From Candidatus Heimdallarchaeota archaeon (GTDB lineage Archaea > Asgardarchaeota > Heimdallarchaeia > Hodarchaeales > Hodarchaeaceae), in NCBI GenBank assembly GCA_019057635.1, contig DXJL01000010.1, positions 1 through 29,663 on the forward strand: DNA of 29,663 bases, read 5' to 3'. The notes under the pieces were generated by a model, which did no database searches, was not told the DNA's origin, and saw nothing but the letters and a program-made list of their open reading frames with translations. Each line of letters begins with the position of its first letter. Position 1 is the first letter of the stretch. Of the stretch, positions 26,749 through 29,663 are shown in pieces. The position numbers and the translations under genes were made by a program.

Positions 26749-28008
26749 TTACATTTCGTGAGCTAGCTTTCGATATTGAATAAATGCTGCTACTACAACA
26801 ACCGCTAACACAAGATCTATCGCTATTAGTCCAAGAAAGAAGATATTTTCAAAGATTTTGACCGTTGGGGCAGTTGTATCATGTTGTGTTAGAGCTAAGC
26901 CGAGAATTAAATCAGTTTTGTTCATGGGTACCAAAGAAACTATTTGTTTTCCTAGGGAACCACCATAATCAATTATTTCCTGGACTGTATTATAATTTCG
27001 TGCTTGGTCCAAAATATCAAGGAATTCTTCATTATTCGTCTCTAATGTTGTAATAGATACTTGGAGATCTGTTTCTCGCCATGTAGCGTTGGGTAAGGTA
27101 TGAGCAGGATGTGCTAGTACCTCAAAATCTCGATTAATTAAGAATGCTCTACCAGTCTTCCGTACACTGATCTCCATCACAGCTGATTGAATAGTTGTAA
27201 TTTTGAAATCAATTCCCACAACACCAATAGTTGTCTCACTTTGATCTCGAACTGGATATAAGCTTGTGACAATAACTTTCCCAGAAGTTGCATCAACGTA
27301 AGGCGTAGTAAAGGCTACTTTTCCTGTAGCAGTATCTAGAGCTGTTAAATACCATAAACGTATTCGGGGGTCGTAATCTTTGCTATAAGGTCCGTGATAT
27401 GGATAAGATCGGTGGACACCTACCTCTGTCCCCATATAAATCCAAAGAATTTCATCCATTGATTGATACATGGGTTGGAATACGAAGTCCATATCAGCTG
27501 ATAGACTGATTGTATGATCAACTTCTGGTGACCAATCACCAAAAGTTTGGTCGTCAGCCAGGGTGAGGTAATCACTTTGGTTGTTATAAGCAGAGGGAGC
27601 GACTTTATAACCAGAAAAAGTATAGGATACACCCTGGGAATGCTTAGCTGAATAAGTGAAGTCTGTTGGTGCATTAAATGTTGAATTATGATAATAAACT
27701 GGTCTTCCAGTAGAGTCATTTTTTTCCCACAATTGGGTAGCATAGTCACCGATAACTTTAGTAATTCCTTCAATTCGTGAAAAAAAGACATCCAGAGATT
27801 CTGCGCTTTCTATTGCTTGGTTATGAAGCAAGTCTTCTACCTGTCGGAGTGGGGTATCTTCCAAAATCATTGCTTGTTGAGAATTAAGAATAAAAATGCC
27901 AACGCAAGCAGTAGAAATAATAATAATCGCTACTAGCAACCCACCCATAATAGCTTTCCAATCTTCAGAATCTTCCAAGAAACGTGAGAACCCATAGTAT
28001 GATTTCAA
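26749..28008 (-). CDS. Membrane-anchored dCache_1 domain protein (amino-acid-binding motif intact), no cytoplasmic output domain
   Basis: N-terminal TM; WIYMG...HRSYP...YDPRIRLWY...PYVD...GVVGID; C-terminal TM plus a short tail. TTG 28008 follows GGAGG (28020-28016) and overlaps the upstream TGA. Confidence 0.85.
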   Translation of the reverse strand: MKSYYGFSRFLEDSEDWKAIMGGLLVAIIIISTACVGIFILNSQQAMILEDTPLRQVEDLLHNQAIESAESLDVFFSRIEGITKVIGDYATQLWEKNDSTGRPVYYHNSTFNAPTDFTYSAKHSQGVSYTFSGYKVAPSAYNNQSDYLTLADDQTFGDWSPEVDHTISLSADMDFVFQPMYQSMDEILWIYMGTEVGVHRSYPYHGPYSKDYDPRIRLWYLTALDTATGKVAFTTPYVDATSGKVIVTSLYPVRDQSETTIGVVGIDFKITTIQSAVMEISVRKTGRAFLINRDFEVLAHPAHTLPNATWRETDLQVSITTLETNNEEFLDILDQARNYNTVQEIIDYGGSLGKQIVSLVPMNKTDLILGLALTQHDTTAPTVKIFENIFFLGLIAIDLVLAVVVVAAFIQYRKLAHEM

Positions 28009-29663
28009 TGATAGTCCTCCTTGAATTTTATCACTAATACTAGTGCAGCTATTGTACCTATAGAAATACTGCCTCCAACCCAAAGCAGAGCGAAGGTGCT
28101 AACTCTTTTTAATGCAGTAATGGTTGTTGGATCAAGAAATTCTAAGATTGGGGCTACAGAAGCTAAGTGCATGGAAGTTTCTCCAATTGGAGCCATCGCC
28201 ACAACACGTTTTTCGGTACCATAATATACTATACCTGCTGTAGGGATCCCAAGATTAACACGATCAACTAGAGAGATAAAGCTATTTGAGGAACTTTCTA
28301 ATGTAGAAATAGGTACTCTTACTTCTTCTTCTTGCCAATCTCCAATAGGTAGATCGGTAAAGCTAGGATGGATTAGAGCTATATTACCTGTATCAAAGAT
28401 GAAGTTGTAACCATTATCTGAAGGCTGTAAATCTGTAAGTGTGTCTATGAGTGAATTGAGTGTTAAGTCTGCTCCAACGACTCCTAATAGAGAACCATTA
28501 ACTGTTACTGCCTTGGAAGCAGTTATTACTATACCCCAACCACTCGCATCTACGTAAGGCCATGACCAGCTAATGGCATTATCAATTTGTGAAGTAAAAA
28601 ATTTATAATAAAGGTTCATAGCATCTGTTAGATCTTCAGAATCGTACACAAAAACTGTCCCTCCATCATTTTGAGATCCAAGATCTAGCAAAAGCTGTTG
28701 ATCAAGATCAGTACCTAATCCAAATACAAACATTCTAGCCCCCATTGTATTCGCAGCAGCGACATTAGATAATATCGAATCAGAAATTACATCGCCTTGG
28801 GTTGCTAAACCATCAGTCATGAATATTAGCATTGGTGTACGATCAGAGGTTCCATGTTTTTCTAAAATTTCAAGACCTTTCAGGATTGCACTATTAATAT
28901 TTGTACCGCCTCCCGAGCTACGATCATCGATGTAGGAAGAAGCATCGTCGATATTTGAAGGAGAAGCGATTTGTAAAGCATCATTCCATTCGTCTACATT
29001 GGCAGAAAAAGATAGAACAGTAAATCGATCCTTGGGTCCTAAAGTTTTCAGTACGGATTTCATTGCAGTTTTGGAATTTGTAAGTGGAGTACCCAGCATG
29101 CTTCCGCTTATATCCATGATGATAACCGCATCTTTCGCTCCAGTAATTGCTCCGATATACCAAGGACGTGTCCTTGGATCATAAGTACGAGAATATGGCC
29201 CATGCCAAGGAAAAGATCTATGAAAACCATACTCGTACCCCATATAGAGCCAAACATGTTCTGGATAAGCTTGATAAAGCTGGCGAAATACTAGATCCAT
29301 TTTTGCAGAACGGTTGATTGCAGCTGTCACAGTACTGTTGATGTGCGATAATGGATTTTCAGTTTCTTGAATACTTGTTAAATAATCATCTTGATATGAT
29401 TCCTCAAATGCTGTTGGAGCGATCTTATAACCTGAATATAGCTTTGAAAGTCTTCGCTCGTAGACACTATCGTTATAAACATCGGTCGGGGGATTATCTG
29501 TTACATTTTCGTCATGGTAAAAGCTAGGAATATCAGGAAGCGTGTCATCAGTGCATATTTGCTCTGCAAAAGCACTCATCGCGTTGATAACAGATTCCGT
29601 TCTGCCCAATTGTGAAGCAATTTGACGGGCTTGAATGGTAGTTGTAATAAGTAACTTATCCTC
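28005..29663 (-). CDS. dCache_1 protein with inserted VWA domain (calcium-channel alpha2delta/CACHD1-like architecture); 5' end outside the window
   Basis: WLYMG...YDPRTRPWY, then VWA (KDAVIIMDISGSM, GGTNI, FMTDG, FVFGLG), then WSWPYVD...LLGVVGAD...GYNFIFD..IALIHP and a C-terminal TM. The frame is open to 29663. Confidence 0.88.
   Translation of the reverse strand, partial: EDKLLITTTIQARQIASQLGRTESVINAMSAFAEQICTDDTLPDIPSFYHDENVTDNPPTDVYNDSVYERRLSKLYSGYKIAPTAFEESYQDDYLTSIQETENPLSHINSTVTAAINRSAKMDLVFRQLYQAYPEHVWLYMGYEYGFHRSFPWHGPYSRTYDPRTRPWYIGAITGAKDAVIIMDISGSMLGTPLTNSKTAMKSVLKTLGPKDRFTVLSFSANVDEWNDALQIASPSNIDDASSYIDDRSSGGGTNINSAILKGLEILEKHGTSDRTPMLIFMTDGLATQGDVISDSILSNVAAANTMGARMFVFGLGTDLDQQLLLDLGSQNDGGTVFVYDSEDLTDAMNLYYKFFTSQIDNAISWSWPYVDASGWGIVITASKAVTVNGSLLGVVGADLTLNSLIDTLTDLQPSDNGYNFIFDTGNIALIHPSFTDLPIGDWQEEEVRVPISTLESSSNSFISLVDRVNLGIPTAGIVYYGTEKRVVAMAPIGETSMHLASVAPILEFLDPTTITALKRVSTFALLWVGGSISIGTIAALVLVIKFKEDYH

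Noticed and set aside
28008-28100. Programmed frameshift fusing the two dCache genes, suggested by the ORF-track overlap
   Set aside because: The second frame closes a few codons above 28083, no slippery site with a downstream structure was seen, and a GGAGG + TTG start explains gene 2.
508-29184. Numerous 60-123 aa ORFs antisense to or nested within larger genes (e.g. 508-795, 2627-2926, 4197-4475, 14462-14752, 27420-27791)
   Set aside because: They are shadow ORFs overlapping well-supported genes and carry no motifs.
1-29663. CRISPR arrays, tRNA/rRNA genes, transposases, integrases, reverse transcriptases
   Set aside because: No regularly spaced repeats, cloverleaf/T-loop signatures or matching protein motifs were seen by eye; a tRNAscan/Infernal run would be decisive.

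Overview
AT-rich, gene-dense archaeal chromosomal window, most consistent with an Asgard archaeon (Heimdallarchaeia-like). This assignment is inferred from a Rab-like small GTPase, a Zn-finger/LRR protein, a DRG GTPase, DGGGP synthase and GAGG/GGAGG ribosome-binding sites. It holds about 27 CDS: lipid genes (Cys-less thiolase-fold protein with a truncated partner gene, UbiA/DGGGP synthase, CPBP protease), an SF2 helicase, DinB, a small regulatory cluster (degenerate PAS-HisKA protein, small membrane peptide, tandem Lrp-like regulator), DDAH, an iron-sulfur flavoprotein, a transglutaminase-like protein, class II FBA with a histidine phosphatase, a complete ECF transporter with a divergent HTH-PRT regulator, a surface metzincin, phosphoesterase-Rab-MFS, DMT, DRG and LRR. 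The highlight is at the right end: two translationally coupled, paralogous membrane-anchored dCache_1 proteins. The first has a MIDAS-intact VWA domain inserted inside the amino-acid-binding motif, as in the eukaryotic calcium-channel alpha2delta/CACHD1 subunits, and together the two genes reproduce the dCache(VWA)+dCache architecture. An unclassified ~230-nt structured non-coding element (11954-12180) is also notable. No rRNA, tRNA, CRISPR array or transposase was seen. All calls come from reading motifs by eye; no searches were run.
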